From the NCBI RefSeq assembly GCF_009931435.1, contig NZ_CP043414.1: 64,000 nt of DNA, one strand, 5' to 3'. A model generated the notes under the pieces. That model saw only the letters and a program-made list of their open reading frames with translations, was not told the origin of the DNA and did not search any database. Positions 43,767 to 55,801 of this stretch are shown here, one piece after another. The stretch is from Escherichia coli (GTDB lineage Bacteria > Pseudomonadota > Gammaproteobacteria > Enterobacterales > Enterobacteriaceae). Made by a program: the position numbers and the translations under genes. Position 1 is the first letter of the stretch. Each line of letters opens with the position of its first letter.

Positions 43767-44649
43767 AGCCTAAATGCTCGCCGCCGCACACGCCGTGCAC
43801 TTCTGCGGTGACATAGCTCGACTCCTGACTTGCCAGATAAACATACACTGGGGCCAGCTCCGCCGGTTGTCCTGCACGTTTCATTGGTGTTTGCTGTCCA
43901 AACTGCGGGATCTTATCCTGCGTCTGTCCACCGGAAATTTGCAGTGCCGTCCAGATAGGGCCTGGTGCGACAATGTTCACTCGAATGCCTTTTTCTGCAA
44001 CCTGTTTTGCCAGGCCACGGCTGTAGTTCAGAATCGCCGCCTTCGTAGCCGCATAGTCCAGCAAATGTGGGCTTGGCTGGTACGCCTGGATTGACGAAGT
44101 GGTGATGATACTGGCACCTTTCGGTAGCAGGGGGATCGCTTCCTGGGTTAGCCAGAACAGCGCGAAAACGTTAATGGCAAAGGTCTTTTGAAACTGTTCG
44201 CTGGTGAGGTCTGCAATATCAGGAATGGCAACCTGTTTCCCGGCGACCAGCGCCATAATATCCAGCCCGCCTAACGCCTTGTGCGCTTCGTGAACCAGCG
44301 AACGGGCGAATTTCTCATCGCTTAAATCGCCTGGCAGCAGGACGGCTTTGCGTCCGCATTCTTCAATGATCTTTTTCACATCCTGAGCGTCTTCTTCTTC
44401 CACGGGAAGATAACTGATCGCTACGTCAGCGCCTTCACGCGCGTAAGCGATGGCGGCAGCACGACCGATTCCGGAATCGCCCCCTGTCACCAGTGCTTTA
44501 CGATCTTTCAGGCGACCGCTACCAACATAGGTTTTCTCGCCGCAATCCGGCACCGGTGTCATTTTCGCCTGGATGCCTGGCGTCGGTTGTTTCTGTTTGG
44601 GATATTCACCAGTGTAATACTGCGTGGTCGGGTCTTTTAAATGAGATAT
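43765..44649 (-). CDS. yghA: Short-chain dehydrogenase/reductase YghA (conserved N-terminal extension lacks ATG)
   Basis: ORF track 43765..44562 (265 aa, TGGDSGIG Rossmann motif); in-frame upstream 29 codons encode [29 protein letters not shown], with ATA where an ATG start is expected (44647..44649). Confidence 0.8.
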
Positions 44650-44770
44650 TGTTTTTCTCCCTTCAGGTTCAACGTCCTTTAAGGGTAGACGCTCTCGATG
44701 CGTTGATAAGGGAACCAGGAAGATCCCTAAACCTCGGATTTATGCGACAAAGGTTTAACGGATATGTTGA

Positions 44771-45334
<564 letters not shown>

Positions 45335-45341
45335 TCTGATT

Positions 45342-45361
45342 CGGGCGCGGTTCTCGCGCCC
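45342..45361. terminator. Bidirectional hairpin between convergent yqhA and gpr
   Basis: gggcgcggttctcgcgccc inverted repeat. Confidence 0.55.
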
Positions 45362-45373
45362 GTTATTAACAGG

Positions 45374-46414
45374 TCATTTATCGGAAGACGCCTGCCACAG
45401 ATTCAGCTCGCCATCGGCGATATGCTGATCAATCTGCGCCAGCTCCTCGGTGCTAAATGTCAGATTATTCAGCGCCTGGACATTCTCTTCCAGTTGCTCT
45501 GCACGGCTGGCACCGATCAATACCGACGTCACTCGCTCATCTTTCAGCAACCAGCTTAACGCCATTTGTGCCATTGATTGTCCACGCTGCTGTGCCATTT
45601 CATTCAATAACCGCAGGCTGTTGAGGTTGGCTTCGGTGAGCATTTTCGGCGTCAGACCACGAACTTTATTCCCTTCACGATGCATCCGTGAATCTTGCGG
45701 AATACCGTTGAGATATTTTCCGGTCAGCAATCCCTGAGCCAGAGGAGTAAAGGCAATGCAGCCCACGCCGTTATGTTGCAGGGTATCCAGCAGGCCGCTT
45801 TTATCCACCCAGCGGTTCAGCAAATTGTACGAAGGTTGATGAATTAACAGCGGAATTTTCCACTCGCGCAGCAACTCGACCATTTTTTGCGTCCGCTCTG
45901 GCGAGTAAGAGGAGATCCCGACATAAAGCGCCTTACCGCTTTGTACCGCATGAGCCAGCGCAGAGGCGGTTTCTTCCATCGGCGTATTTTCATCGACGCG
46001 ATGAGAGTAAAAGATATCGACATACTCAAGCCCCATCCGCTTCAGGCTTTGGTCGAGGCTGGCGAGCAGGTATTTACGTGAGCCGCCAGAGCCGTACGGG
46101 CCGGGCCACATATCGTATCCGGCTTTGGTAGAGATAATCAGTTCATCGCGATAAGCGGCAAAATCCTCCCGCAGCAGGCGACCAAAGTTCTCTTCTGCGC
46201 TTCCTGGAGGCGGCCCGTAATTGTTGGCTAAATCAAAGTGCGTAATGCCCAAATCAAACGCTTTGCGCAGGATCGCACGCTGTGATTCCAGTGCGTTAAC
46301 GTGACCGAAATTGTGCCATAAACCGAGCGATAACGCGGGCAGGCGTAAACCGCTTTTTCCGCAATAGCGGTATTGCATCTGCCCGTAACGTTCGGGATTC
46401 GCTAACCAGACCAT
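45374..46414 (-). CDS. gpr: L-glyceraldehyde 3-phosphate reductase (aldo-keto reductase), 346 aa
   Basis: ORF track frame; start at MVWLANPERYGQMQYRYCGKSGL. Confidence 0.9.
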   Translation of the reverse strand: MVWLANPERYGQMQYRYCGKSGLRLPALSLGLWHNFGHVNALESQRAILRKAFDLGITHFDLANNYGPPPGSAEENFGRLLREDFAAYRDELIISTKAGYDMWPGPYGSGGSRKYLLASLDQSLKRMGLEYVDIFYSHRVDENTPMEETASALAHAVQSGKALYVGISSYSPERTQKMVELLREWKIPLLIHQPSYNLLNRWVDKSGLLDTLQHNGVGCIAFTPLAQGLLTGKYLNGIPQDSRMHREGNKVRGLTPKMLTEANLNSLRLLNEMAQQRGQSMAQMALSWLLKDERVTSVLIGASRAEQLEENVQALNNLTFSTEELAQIDQHIADGELNLWQASSDK

Positions 46415-46567
46415 GACCTCTCCTTTCCACCATTCAATTTCGAAACAATGTTTCCAGTTTAGCGATTTACCAGGGGGGATCCCGTAGCATCGCTCACAGT
46501 GTGACGAAAAACTGGGCAAAAACACGTGCTTATGCTTTGCTTAAAAAAACACCAATTGAGGAGTGCA

Positions 46568-47458
46568 ATGATGCCGCGTCTGACCGCTAAAGATTTCCCA
46601 CAAGAGTTGCTGGATTACTACGACTATTACGCTCACGGGAAAATTTCGAAACGTGAGTTCCTCAACCTTGCGGCGAAGTATGCGGTGGGCGGGATGACGG
46701 CATTAGCGTTGTTTGATTTGCTCAAGCCAAATTATGCGCTGGCGACTCAGGTAGAGTTTACCGACCCGGAAATTGTTGCTGAGTACATCACGTATTCTTC
46801 GCCAAATGGTCACGGCGAGGTACGGGGTTATCTGGTGAAGCCCGCAAAGATGAGCGGCAAAACGCCAGCCGTGGTGGTGGTGCATGAGAATCGTGGACTG
46901 AATCCGTATATCGAAGATGTGGCACGGCGAGTAGCGAAGGCGGGGTATATCGCCCTGGCACCTGACGGCTTAAGTTCCGTTGGAGGTTATCCGGGTAATG
47001 ATGATAAAGGTCGTGAGCTGCAACAGCAGGTTGATCCAACCAAACTGATGAATGATTTCTTTGCCGCAATTGAGTTTATGCAACGCTATCCGCAAGCGAC
47101 AGGCAAAGTGGGTATTACCGGATTTTGCTATGGCGGTGGTGTATCGAACGCGGCGGCTGTCGCGTATCCGGAAATGGCCTGCGCGGTGCCGTTTTATGGT
47201 CGTCAGGCACCCACTGCCGATGTGGCGAAGATTGAAGCGCCTTTACTGCTCCACTACGCGGAACTGGATACCCGAATCAACGAGGGCTGGCCCGCTTACG
47301 AGGCGGCGTTGAAAGCCAATAATAAGGTCTATGAGGCGTATATCTATCCGGGGGTTAATCACGGATTCCATAATGATTCCACGCCCCGTTATGACAAATC
47401 TGCCGCCGATCTTGCCTGGCAAAGGACGCTGAAATGGTTCGATAAATATCTCTCCTGA
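46568..47458 (+). CDS. yghX: Dienelactone hydrolase-family protein YghX (intact)
   Basis: ORF track frame; start at ATG 46568 (MMPRLTAKDF) with SD gagga; uninterrupted 296 aa. Confidence 0.7.
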   Translation: MMPRLTAKDFPQELLDYYDYYAHGKISKREFLNLAAKYAVGGMTALALFDLLKPNYALATQVEFTDPEIVAEYITYSSPNGHGEVRGYLVKPAKMSGKTPAVVVVHENRGLNPYIEDVARRVAKAGYIALAPDGLSSVGGYPGNDDKGRELQQQVDPTKLMNDFFAAIEFMQRYPQATGKVGITGFCYGGGVSNAAAVAYPEMACAVPFYGRQAPTADVAKIEAPLLLHYAELDTRINEGWPAYEAALKANNKVYEAYIYPGVNHGFHNDSTPRYDKSAADLAWQRTLKWFDKYLS

Positions 47459-47576
47459 TAGGTTTATCTCTTACGGGATTACGTCTTAAACAAGCATGAA
47501 AAAATAGCGTGCGCAAAAGTCGTTCTTTGCCTAAAATATCGCTATATATGACAATATATAGCGAATGAGGTGAACG

Positions 47577-47864
47577 ATGAATAACCATTTTGGTAAAGGC
47601 TTAATGGCGGGATTAAAAGCAACGCATGCCGACAGTGCGGTTAATGTGACAAAATACTGTGCCGATTATAAACGCGGTTTTGTATTAGGCTACTCACACC
47701 GGATGTACGAAAAGACCGGAGATCGCCAGCTTAGCGCCTGGGAAGCGGGGATTCTGACGCGCCGCTATGGACTGGATAAAGAGATGGTAATGGATTTCTT
47801 TCGTGAGAATAATTCCTGTTCTACGTTGCGCTTTTTTATGGCCGGTTATCGCCTCGAAAATTGA
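47577..47864 (+). CDS. yghW: DUF2623 protein YghW
   Basis: ORF track 95 aa; position upstream of the hyb operon. Confidence 0.75.
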   Translation: MNNHFGKGLMAGLKATHADSAVNVTKYCADYKRGFVLGYSHRMYEKTGDRQLSAWEAGILTRRYGLDKEMVMDFFRENNSCSTLRFFMAGYRLEN

Positions 47865-48052
47865 TCAAACATACGTATTATCTTGCTTTAATTAATTACA
47901 CTAATGCTTATTCCCTTCGTTTTAGTGCCCCGCCGCAGTATCATGATATCGATAACCATAATAAATGTGTGGTAAATGGCGCATCGATCGCATTATTGAT
48001 TTTGCGATTGAGGCAAAATATATGCCAGATCTTCGCAACGGAATAACTATAA

Positions 48053-49171
48053 ATGACTGGAGATAACACCCTCATCCATTCTCACGGCATTAACCGTCGT
48101 GATTTCATGAAGCTTTGTGCAGCATTAGCCGCCACCATGGGGTTAAGTAGCAAAGCCGCTGCAGAAATGGCCGAATCGGTTACTAACCCGCAGCGTCCGC
48201 CAGTTATCTGGATTGGCGCGCAGGAGTGCACCGGTTGTACGGAATCTCTGCTTCGTGCAACGCATCCAACGGTAGAAAACCTCGTGCTGGAGACTATCTC
48301 TCTCGAGTATCACGAAGTGCTTTCCGCCGCCTTCGGTCATCAGGTCGAAGAGAACAAACATAACGCTCTCGAGAAGTACAAAGGGCAGTATGTGTTAGTG
48401 GTGGATGGTTCCATCCCATTAAAAGATAACGGTATTTATTGCATGGTTGCCGGTGAGCCGATTGTGGATCACATCCGCAAAGCGGCGGAAGGCGCAGCAG
48501 CCATTATCGCTATCGGTTCCTGCTCTGCGTGGGGCGGTGTTGCCGCAGCTGGAGTTAACCCAACTGGCGCTGTCAGCCTGCAAGAAGTTCTGCCGGGCAA
48601 AACCGTTATCAACATTCCGGGCTGCCCACCGAACCCGCACAACTTCCTCGCGACCGTTGCGCACATCATCACTTACGGCAAACCGCCGAAACTGGATGAC
48701 AAAAACCGTCCGACTTTCGCCTATGGCCGTCTGATTCACGAACACTGCGAACGCCGCCCGCACTTCGATGCTGGTCGTTTTGCCAAAGAGTTCGGTGATG
48801 AAGGCCACCGCGAAGGCTGGTGCCTGTACCACCTCGGCTGTAAAGGGCCAGAAACTTACGGCAACTGCTCAACGCTGCAATTCTGCGATGTTGGTGGTGT
48901 GTGGCCGGTGGCGATTGGTCACCCGTGCTATGGCTGTAACGAAGAAGGTATCGGCTTCCATAAAGGCATCCATCAGCTTGCCAACGTCGAAAACCAGACT
49001 CCGCGTTCGCAGAAACCGGATGTTAACGCTAAAGAGGGCGGCAACGTCTCTGCGGGCGCTATCGGTTTGCTCGGCGGTGTGGTTGGGCTGGTTGCCGGTG
49101 TCAGCGTGATGGCGGTGCGTGAACTGGGTCGTCAGCAAAAGAAAGATAACGCTGACTCACGGGGAGAATAA
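48053..49171 (+). CDS. hybO: Hydrogenase 2 small subunit
   Basis: ORF track 372 aa; Tat signal RRDFMK; [NiFe] hydrogenase small-subunit cysteine clusters. Confidence 0.95.
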   Translation: MTGDNTLIHSHGINRRDFMKLCAALAATMGLSSKAAAEMAESVTNPQRPPVIWIGAQECTGCTESLLRATHPTVENLVLETISLEYHEVLSAAFGHQVEENKHNALEKYKGQYVLVVDGSIPLKDNGIYCMVAGEPIVDHIRKAAEGAAAIIAIGSCSAWGGVAAAGVNPTGAVSLQEVLPGKTVINIPGCPPNPHNFLATVAHIITYGKPPKLDDKNRPTFAYGRLIHEHCERRPHFDAGRFAKEFGDEGHREGWCLYHLGCKGPETYGNCSTLQFCDVGGVWPVAIGHPCYGCNEEGIGFHKGIHQLANVENQTPRSQKPDVNAKEGGNVSAGAIGLLGGVVGLVAGVSVMAVRELGRQQKKDNADSRGE

Positions 49172-49173
49172 CC

Positions 49174-50160
49174 GTGAACAGACGTAATTTTATTAAAGCA
49201 GCCTCCTGCGGGGCATTGCTGACGGGCGCGTTGCCGTCTGTCAGTCATGCGGCTGCTGAAAACCGCCCGCCAATTCCGGGATCGCTGGGGATGTTGTACG
49301 ACTCGACGCTGTGCGTAGGCTGCCAGGCTTGCGTCACTAAGTGTCAGGATATCAACTTCCCTGAACGTAACCCACAAGGGGAACAGACCTGGTCGAACAA
49401 CGACAAACTGTCGCCGTACACCAATAACATCATTCAGGTGTGGACCAGCGGCACGGGAGTCAACAAAGACCAGGAAGAGAACGGCTATGCGTACATTAAG
49501 AAACAGTGTATGCACTGCGTCGATCCGAACTGTGTCTCAGTGTGCCCGGTTTCTGCGCTGAAAAAAGATCCGAAAACCGGCATTGTCCATTACGACAAAG
49601 ATGTGTGCACCGGCTGCCGTTACTGCATGGTTGCCTGTCCGTACAACGTGCCGAAGTACGACTACAACAACCCGTTTGGTGCGCTGCATAAGTGTGAGCT
49701 TTGCAACCAGAAAGGTGTGGAACGTCTCGATAAAGGCGGTCTGCCTGGCTGCGTAGAAGTGTGCCCGGCGGGCGCGGTGATTTTTGGTACGCGTGAAGAG
49801 CTGATGGCGGAGGCGAAAAAACGTCTGGCGCTGAAGCCTGGCAGCGAATACCACTATCCGCGTCAGACGCTGAAATCTGGCGACACTTACCTGCATACGG
49901 TGCCGAAATATTATCCGCATCTGTACGGCGAGAAAGAGGGCGGCGGTACTCAGGTACTGGTACTGACGGGTGTGCCTTATGAAAATCTCGACCTGCCGAA
50001 ACTGGACGATCTTTCTACTGGTGCGCGTTCCGAACATGTTCAACACACCCTGTATAAAGGCATGATGCTACCACTGGCTGTGCTGGCGGGCTTAACCGTG
50101 CTGGTTCGTCGCAACACCAAAAACGACCATCACGACGGAGGAGACGATCATGAGTCATGA
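49174..50160 (+). CDS. hybA: Hydrogenase 2 4Fe-4S ferredoxin-type component
   Basis: ORF track 328 aa; multiple CxxCxxC motifs; Tat-like signal. Confidence 0.9.
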   Translation: MNRRNFIKAASCGALLTGALPSVSHAAAENRPPIPGSLGMLYDSTLCVGCQACVTKCQDINFPERNPQGEQTWSNNDKLSPYTNNIIQVWTSGTGVNKDQEENGYAYIKKQCMHCVDPNCVSVCPVSALKKDPKTGIVHYDKDVCTGCRYCMVACPYNVPKYDYNNPFGALHKCELCNQKGVERLDKGGLPGCVEVCPAGAVIFGTREELMAEAKKRLALKPGSEYHYPRQTLKSGDTYLHTVPKYYPHLYGEKEGGGTQVLVLTGVPYENLDLPKLDDLSTGARSEHVQHTLYKGMMLPLAVLAGLTVLVRRNTKNDHHDGGDDHES

Positions 50161-51328
50161 TCCACAACCGCTGGGCGGCAAAATCATCAGTAAACCGGTC
50201 ATGATTTTTGGACCGTTAATCGTCATCTGTATGCTCCTGATTGTGAAGCGTCTGGTGTTCGGTCTGGGCTCTGTCTCTGACCTGAACGGCGGCTTCCCGT
50301 GGGGCGTGTGGATCGCGTTTGACCTGTTGATCGGCACCGGCTTTGCCTGTGGCGGCTGGGCGCTGGCGTGGGCGGTATACGTCTTTAATCGTGGGCAATA
50401 CCATCCGCTGGTGCGTCCGGCACTGTTGGCAAGTCTGTTTGGTTACTCACTGGGTGGCTTGTCGATCACTATCGACGTTGGTCGCTACTGGAACCTGCCG
50501 TACTTCTACATTCCGGGTCACTTCAACGTGAACTCGGTACTGTTCGAGACGGCGGTCTGTATGACCATCTACATCGGCGTGATGGCACTGGAGTTTGCTC
50601 CGGCACTGTTTGAACGTCTGGGCTGGAAAGTGTCGCTACAGCGTCTGAACAAGGTGATGTTCTTCATCATCGCGCTCGGTGCGCTGCTGCCAACTATGCA
50701 CCAGTCTTCAATGGGGTCGCTGATGATCTCGGCGGGCTACAAGGTGCATCCACTGTGGCAAAGCTATGAAATGTTGCCGCTGTTCTCGCTGCTGACGGCG
50801 TTCATCATGGGCTTCTCGATTGTCATCTTTGAAGGTTCGCTGGTGCAGGCGGGTCTGCGTGGCAACGGTCCGGATGAAAAGAGCCTGTTCGTCAAGCTGA
50901 CCAACACTATCAGCGTGCTGCTGGCGATTTTTATCGTGCTGCGCTTTGGCGAGCTGATCTATCGCGACAAGCTGTCGTTAGCGTTTGCCGGTGACTTCTA
51001 CTCCGTGATGTTCTGGATTGAAGTCCTGCTGATGCTCTTCCCGCTGGTTGTTCTGCGTGTGGCGAAGCTGCGTAATGATTCCCGCATGCTGTTCCTGTCA
51101 GCACTGAGCGCACTGTTAGGTTGTGCAACCTGGCGTCTGACCTATTCGCTGGTGGCATTCAACCCGGGCGGCGGTTACGCCTACTTCCCGACCTGGGAAG
51201 AACTGTTGATTTCTATTGGTTTTGTGGCTATTGAGATTTGCGCTTACATCGTACTCATTCGTCTACTGCCGATACTTCCTCCTTTAAAACAAAACGATCA
51301 TAATCGTCATGAGGCGAGCAAAGCATGA
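50150..51328 (+). CDS. hybB: Hydrogenase 2 integral membrane subunit
   Basis: ORF track 392 aa; polytopic. Confidence 0.9.
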   Translation: MSHDPQPLGGKIISKPVMIFGPLIVICMLLIVKRLVFGLGSVSDLNGGFPWGVWIAFDLLIGTGFACGGWALAWAVYVFNRGQYHPLVRPALLASLFGYSLGGLSITIDVGRYWNLPYFYIPGHFNVNSVLFETAVCMTIYIGVMALEFAPALFERLGWKVSLQRLNKVMFFIIALGALLPTMHQSSMGSLMISAGYKVHPLWQSYEMLPLFSLLTAFIMGFSIVIFEGSLVQAGLRGNGPDEKSLFVKLTNTISVLLAIFIVLRFGELIYRDKLSLAFAGDFYSVMFWIEVLLMLFPLVVLRVAKLRNDSRMLFLSALSALLGCATWRLTYSLVAFNPGGGYAYFPTWEELLISIGFVAIEICAYIVLIRLLPILPPLKQNDHNRHEASKA

Positions 51329-53028
51329 GCCAGAGAATTACTATTGATCCGGTAACCCGAATTGAAGGGCATTTACGCATCGATTGCGAAATCGAAAATG
51401 GCGTCGTTTCGAAAGCATGGGCTTCCGGTACCATGTGGCGCGGCATGGAAGAGATCGTGAAAAACCGCGATCCGCGCGATGCATGGATGATTGTGCAACG
51501 TATCTGTGGCGTATGCACCACCACTCACGCGCTCTCTTCCGTTCGTGCGGCAGAGAGTGCGCTGAATGTCGACGTTCCGGTTAACGCGCAATACATCCGT
51601 AACATCATTCTGGCTGCGCACACCACGCATGACCATATCGTTCATTTCTATCAGCTTTCGGCGCTGGACTGGGTGGACATCACTTCTGCACTGCAAGCTG
51701 ATCCAACCAAAGCCTCCGAAATGCTGAAAGGCGTTTCGACCTGGCATCTGAACAGCCCGGAAGAGTTCACCAAAGTTCAGAACAAGATCAAAGATCTGGT
51801 TGCCAGCGGTCAGTTGGGTATTTTCGCCAATGGCTACTGGGGTCACCCGGCAATGAAACTGCCGCCGGAAGTGAACCTGATTGCGGTAGCGCACTACCTG
51901 CAAGCGCTGGAGTGCCAGCGTGACGCTAACCGCGTCGTGGCGCTGCTGGGCGGTAAAACGCCGCACATTCAGAACCTGGCGGTAGGTGGTGTCGCGAACC
52001 CAATCAACCTCGACGGTTTGGGCGTGCTGAACCTTGAGCGCCTGATGTACATCAAGTCTTTCATCGACAAACTGAGCGACTTTGTTGAGCAGGTTTACAA
52101 GGTTGATACCGCGGTTATCGCCGCGTTCTATCCGGAATGGCTGGAGCGTGGTAAAGGTGCGGTGAACTACCTGAGCGTGCCGGAATTCCCGACCGACAGC
52201 AAAAACGGTAGCTTCCTGTTCCCGGGCGGCTACATTGAGAATGCGGATCTGTCCTCGTATCGTCCGATCACTTCCCATTCCGATGAATATCTGATCAAAG
52301 GGATTCAGGAAAGTGCGAAGCACTCCTGGTATAAAGACGAAGCGCCGCAGGCACCGTGGGAAGGTACCACCATTCCGGCTTACGACGGTTGGTCTGACGA
52401 CGGCAAATATTCCTGGGTGAAATCACCGACTTTCTACGGCAAAACGGTAGAAGTGGGTCCGCTGGCTAACATGCTGGTGAAACTGGCGTCAGGACGCGAG
52501 TCTACCCAGAACAAACTGAATGAAATCGTTGCGATTTATCAGAAACTGACTGGCAACACGCTGGAAGTGGCGCAGCTGCACTCCACGCTGGGCCGTATCA
52601 TTGGTCGTACCGTTCACTGCTGCGAATTGCAGGATATCCTGCAAAACCAATACAGTGCGCTGATCACCAATATCGGCAAAGGCGATCACACCACCTTTGT
52701 GAAACCGAACATTCCGGCAACGGGTGAGTTCAAAGGTGTTGGCTTCCTTGAAGCACCGCGCGGTATGCTCTCTCACTGGATGGTGATTAAAGACGGTATC
52801 ATCAGCAACTATCAGGCAGTTGTTCCATCAACCTGGAACTCTGGCCCGCGTAACTTCAATGATGACGTTGGTCCTTACGAGCAGTCGCTGGTGGGTACAC
52901 CGGTTGCCGATCCGAATAAACCGCTGGAAGTGGTGCGTACCATTCACTCCTTCGACCCGTGCATGGCCTGTGCGGTACACGTAGTGGATGCCGACGGCAA
53001 CGAAGTGGTTTCAGTGAAGGTTCTGTAA
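51325..53028 (+). CDS. hybC: Hydrogenase 2 large subunit
   Basis: ORF track 567 aa; N-terminal RICGVCTTTH and C-terminal DPCMACAVH Ni-binding motifs. Confidence 0.95.
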   Translation: MSQRITIDPVTRIEGHLRIDCEIENGVVSKAWASGTMWRGMEEIVKNRDPRDAWMIVQRICGVCTTTHALSSVRAAESALNVDVPVNAQYIRNIILAAHTTHDHIVHFYQLSALDWVDITSALQADPTKASEMLKGVSTWHLNSPEEFTKVQNKIKDLVASGQLGIFANGYWGHPAMKLPPEVNLIAVAHYLQALECQRDANRVVALLGGKTPHIQNLAVGGVANPINLDGLGVLNLERLMYIKSFIDKLSDFVEQVYKVDTAVIAAFYPEWLERGKGAVNYLSVPEFPTDSKNGSFLFPGGYIENADLSSYRPITSHSDEYLIKGIQESAKHSWYKDEAPQAPWEGTTIPAYDGWSDDGKYSWVKSPTFYGKTVEVGPLANMLVKLASGRESTQNKLNEIVAIYQKLTGNTLEVAQLHSTLGRIIGRTVHCCELQDILQNQYSALITNIGKGDHTTFVKPNIPATGEFKGVGFLEAPRGMLSHWMVIKDGIISNYQAVVPSTWNSGPRNFNDDVGPYEQSLVGTPVADPNKPLEVVRTIHSFDPCMACAVHVVDADGNEVVSVKVL

Positions 53029-53522
53029 TGCGTATTTTAGTCTTAGGGGTTGGCAATATTTTGCTGACCGATGAAGCCATCGGTGTGCGGATTGTCGAAG
53101 CATTAGAGCAACGATACATTCTGCCGGATTATGTTGAGATCCTCGATGGCGGCACGGCGGGAATGGAGCTGCTTGGCGACATGGCAAATCGCGATCATCT
53201 GATTATCGCCGATGCCATTGTGTCGAAAAAGAACGCGCCGGGAACGATGATGATCCTGCGGGATGAAGAAGTTCCGGCGTTGTTTACCAACAAAATCTCT
53301 CCGCATCAGCTTGGCCTGGCCGACGTATTGTCGGCCCTGCGCTTCACCGGCGAGTTTCCGAAAAAGCTGACCCTGGTCGGCGTGATCCCGGAATCGCTGG
53401 AGCCGCACATCGGCTTGACACCAACGGTTGAAGCGATGATTGAACCTGCGCTTGAGCAGGTTCTGGTTGCGCTGCGCGAATCAGGCGTGGAAGCCATCCC
53501 ACGGGAGGCGACTCATGAATGA
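53028..53522 (+). CDS. hybD: Hydrogenase 2 maturation endopeptidase, 164 aa
   Basis: Start at MRILVLGVGNILLTDE; ATG overlaps the hybC stop. Confidence 0.9.
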   Translation: MRILVLGVGNILLTDEAIGVRIVEALEQRYILPDYVEILDGGTAGMELLGDMANRDHLIIADAIVSKKNAPGTMMILRDEEVPALFTNKISPHQLGLADVLSALRFTGEFPKKLTLVGVIPESLEPHIGLTPTVEAMIEPALEQVLVALRESGVEAIPREATHE

Positions 53523-54003
53523 AGAGATAGCAGGTTTTCAGACCTCCCCGAAGGCGCAAGTACAGGCAGCGTTTGAAGAAATTGCCCGGCGTTCGATGCA
53601 CGATCTCTCTTTTCTGCATCCTTCAATGCCGGTGTACGTTTCCGACTTTACGTTGTTCGAAGGTCAGTGGACGGGGTGTGTAATCACCCCATGGATGCTG
53701 AGTGCAGTTATCTTCCCCGGCCCGGATCAACTCTGGCCGCTGCGCAAAGTGAGTGAAAAAATTGGTCTGCAACTGCCGTATGGCACTATGACCTTTACTG
53801 TTGGTGAACTGGACGGTGTTTCGCAATACCTCTCCTGCTCGCTGATGTCGCCGCTTTCGCATAGCATGTCGATTGAAGAGGGCCAACGGCTGACGGATGA
53901 CTGCGCGCGGATGATCCTTTCGCTGCCGGTCACCAATCCGGATGTACCACACGCAGGGCGTCGCGCCCTGCTGTTTGGCCGCAGGAGTGGCGAAAATGCA
54001 TGA
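53515..54003 (+). CDS. hybE: Hydrogenase 2-specific chaperone, 162 aa
   Basis: Start at MNEEIAGFQTSPKAQ; overlaps hybD end. Confidence 0.85.
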   Translation: MNEEIAGFQTSPKAQVQAAFEEIARRSMHDLSFLHPSMPVYVSDFTLFEGQWTGCVITPWMLSAVIFPGPDQLWPLRKVSEKIGLQLPYGTMTFTVGELDGVSQYLSCSLMSPLSHSMSIEEGQRLTDDCARMILSLPVTNPDVPHAGRRALLFGRRSGENA

Positions 54004-54337
54004 GTTGTCGCTTTGCCAGAGCGCCGTTGAAATTATCCAACGGCAGGCGGAGCAGCATGATGTTAAGCGCGTCACCGCCGTGTGGCTGGAAATTGGCGCG
54101 CTCTCCTGCGTTGAGGAGAGCGCCGTCCGTTTTAGTTTTGAAATTGTCTGCCACGGAACGGTGGCGCAAGGGTGCGATTTACATATCGTCTATAAACCCG
54201 CCCAGGCCTGGTGCTGGGATTGCAGCCAGGTGGTGGAGATTCATCAGCACGATGCGCAATGCCCGCTCTGTCATGGCGAGCGGTTGCGTGTCGATACCGG
54301 CGATTCGCTGATCGTCAAAAGTATTGAAGTTGAATAA
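53996..54337 (+). CDS. hybF: Hydrogenase nickel incorporation protein (HypA paralogue), 113 aa
   Basis: Start at MHELSLCQSAVEII; CxxC ... CPLC zinc motif. Confidence 0.85.
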   Translation: MHELSLCQSAVEIIQRQAEQHDVKRVTAVWLEIGALSCVEESAVRFSFEIVCHGTVAQGCDLHIVYKPAQAWCWDCSQVVEIHQHDAQCPLCHGERLRVDTGDSLIVKSIEVE

Positions 54338-54349
54338 CCGGAGTTAACA

Positions 54350-54598
54350 ATGTGTATTGGCGTTCCAGGCCAGGTGCTGGCTGTCGGTGAAGATATTCAC
54401 CAGCTTGCGCAGGTTGAAGTATGTGGTATCAAGCGCGACGTGAATATCGCCCTGATTTGCGAAGGTAACCCTGCCGATCTGCTGGGCCAGTGGGTGCTGG
54501 TGCACGTCGGATTTGCCATGAGCATCATCGACGAAGATGAAGCCAAAGCCACATTAGACGCGCTGCGCCAGATGGATTACGACATTACCAGCGCGTGA
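54350..54598 (+). CDS. hybG: Hydrogenase maturation factor (HypC paralogue)
   Basis: ORF track 82 aa; N-terminal MCIGVPGQV. Confidence 0.9.
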
Positions 54599-54609
54599 TG
54601 ATTAGCTTT

Positions 54610-54691
<82 letters not shown>

Positions 54692-54730
54692 GGATCGGCC
54701 TGGATGGCTTGCTGCGACGAACACCAACCC

Positions 54731-55597
54731 TTACCCCTGACGCTTATCTTCCGTATTCGTCTCGAAATCACTGGCGTCATGGCGCTCATGCAACTGCTCA
54801 TTCAGCGGTCCGTTGGTGCGGTTAACAATACGCCCACGCTTCACCGCCGGACGTTCGCCTACTTCTTTCGCCCAGCGTTGTACATGCTTATAACTGCCCG
54901 CATCAAGAAACTCTGCGGCATCATACACACCACCTAACACCACGTTGCCAAACCACGGCCAAATCGCCATATCTGCAATGGTGTACTCATCGCCCGCAAC
55001 AAACTTATGCTGCGCCAGTTGCTTATCCAGCACGTCGAGCAGGCGCTTGGCTTCCATGGTAAAGCGGTTGATGGCGTATTCAATTTTCACCGGCGCGTAA
55101 TGGTAAAAGTGACCAAAACCACCGCCGAGGAACGGCGCGGCACCCTGTAACCAGAACAGCCAGTTCATTGCTTCAGTACGTTTCGCCAGATCCTGCGGCA
55201 GGAAGTAGCCAAATTTCTCCGCCAGATAAAGCAGAATCGATCCAGACTCAAACACGCGGATCGGCGGAGTATGGGTATGATCGCGCAGCGCCGGGATCTT
55301 CGAGTTTGGGTTCACTTCGACAAAGCCGCTGGAGAATTGATCGCCATCGCCAATACGAATCAGCCAGGCGTCGTACTCTGCACCAGTAACGCCCAGCGCC
55401 AGCAGCTCCTCAAGCATAATCGTTACTTTCTGTCCGTTTGGCGTTCCCAGCGAATAGAGTTGCAGCGGATGTTTGCCCACCGGCAGCGTTTTTTCATGCG
55501 TCGGACCAGAAACCGGGCGATTGATATTGGCGAACGCGCCGCCAGCGGATTTATCCCACGTCCAGACTTTCGCGGGCTGATAAGTATTGTCTGTCAT
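54731..55597 (-). CDS. yghU: Glutathione S-transferase-family disulfide reductase YghU, 288 aa
   Basis: ORF track frame; start at MTDNTYQPAKVWTWDK. Confidence 0.85.
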   Translation of the reverse strand: MTDNTYQPAKVWTWDKSAGGAFANINRPVSGPTHEKTLPVGKHPLQLYSLGTPNGQKVTIMLEELLALGVTGAEYDAWLIRIGDGDQFSSGFVEVNPNSKIPALRDHTHTPPIRVFESGSILLYLAEKFGYFLPQDLAKRTEAMNWLFWLQGAAPFLGGGFGHFYHYAPVKIEYAINRFTMEAKRLLDVLDKQLAQHKFVAGDEYTIADMAIWPWFGNVVLGGVYDAAEFLDAGSYKHVQRWAKEVGERPAVKRGRIVNRTNGPLNEQLHERHDASDFETNTEDKRQG

Positions 55598-55801
55598 AGT
55601 GAGTTGCCTTCTGAGTGGTAGTGTTGAAGCAGTGTAGCAGGTCACTTGCTGTACAGAATGTGAATTTTTTAACCCTTTGCGCCAGCCGCTGCGATGAGGT
55701 GTATGATTAGTCTGACCTCTGTCCGGTTAATGTCGCTGAGCAGGTAATCAGAGCACAACAATTACGCCAACTGCTTAGGTTGTATTGTTAAAGGTAAAGT
55801 G

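Noticed and set aside
52959-54003. Extended N-termini in the ORF track for hybD, hybE and hybF (and similarly tolC, metC, gpr, yqhC, ygiS)
   Set aside because: Upstream in-frame Met codons overlap the preceding gene; starts were moved to internal ATGs with SD sequences, which give lengths matching known homologues
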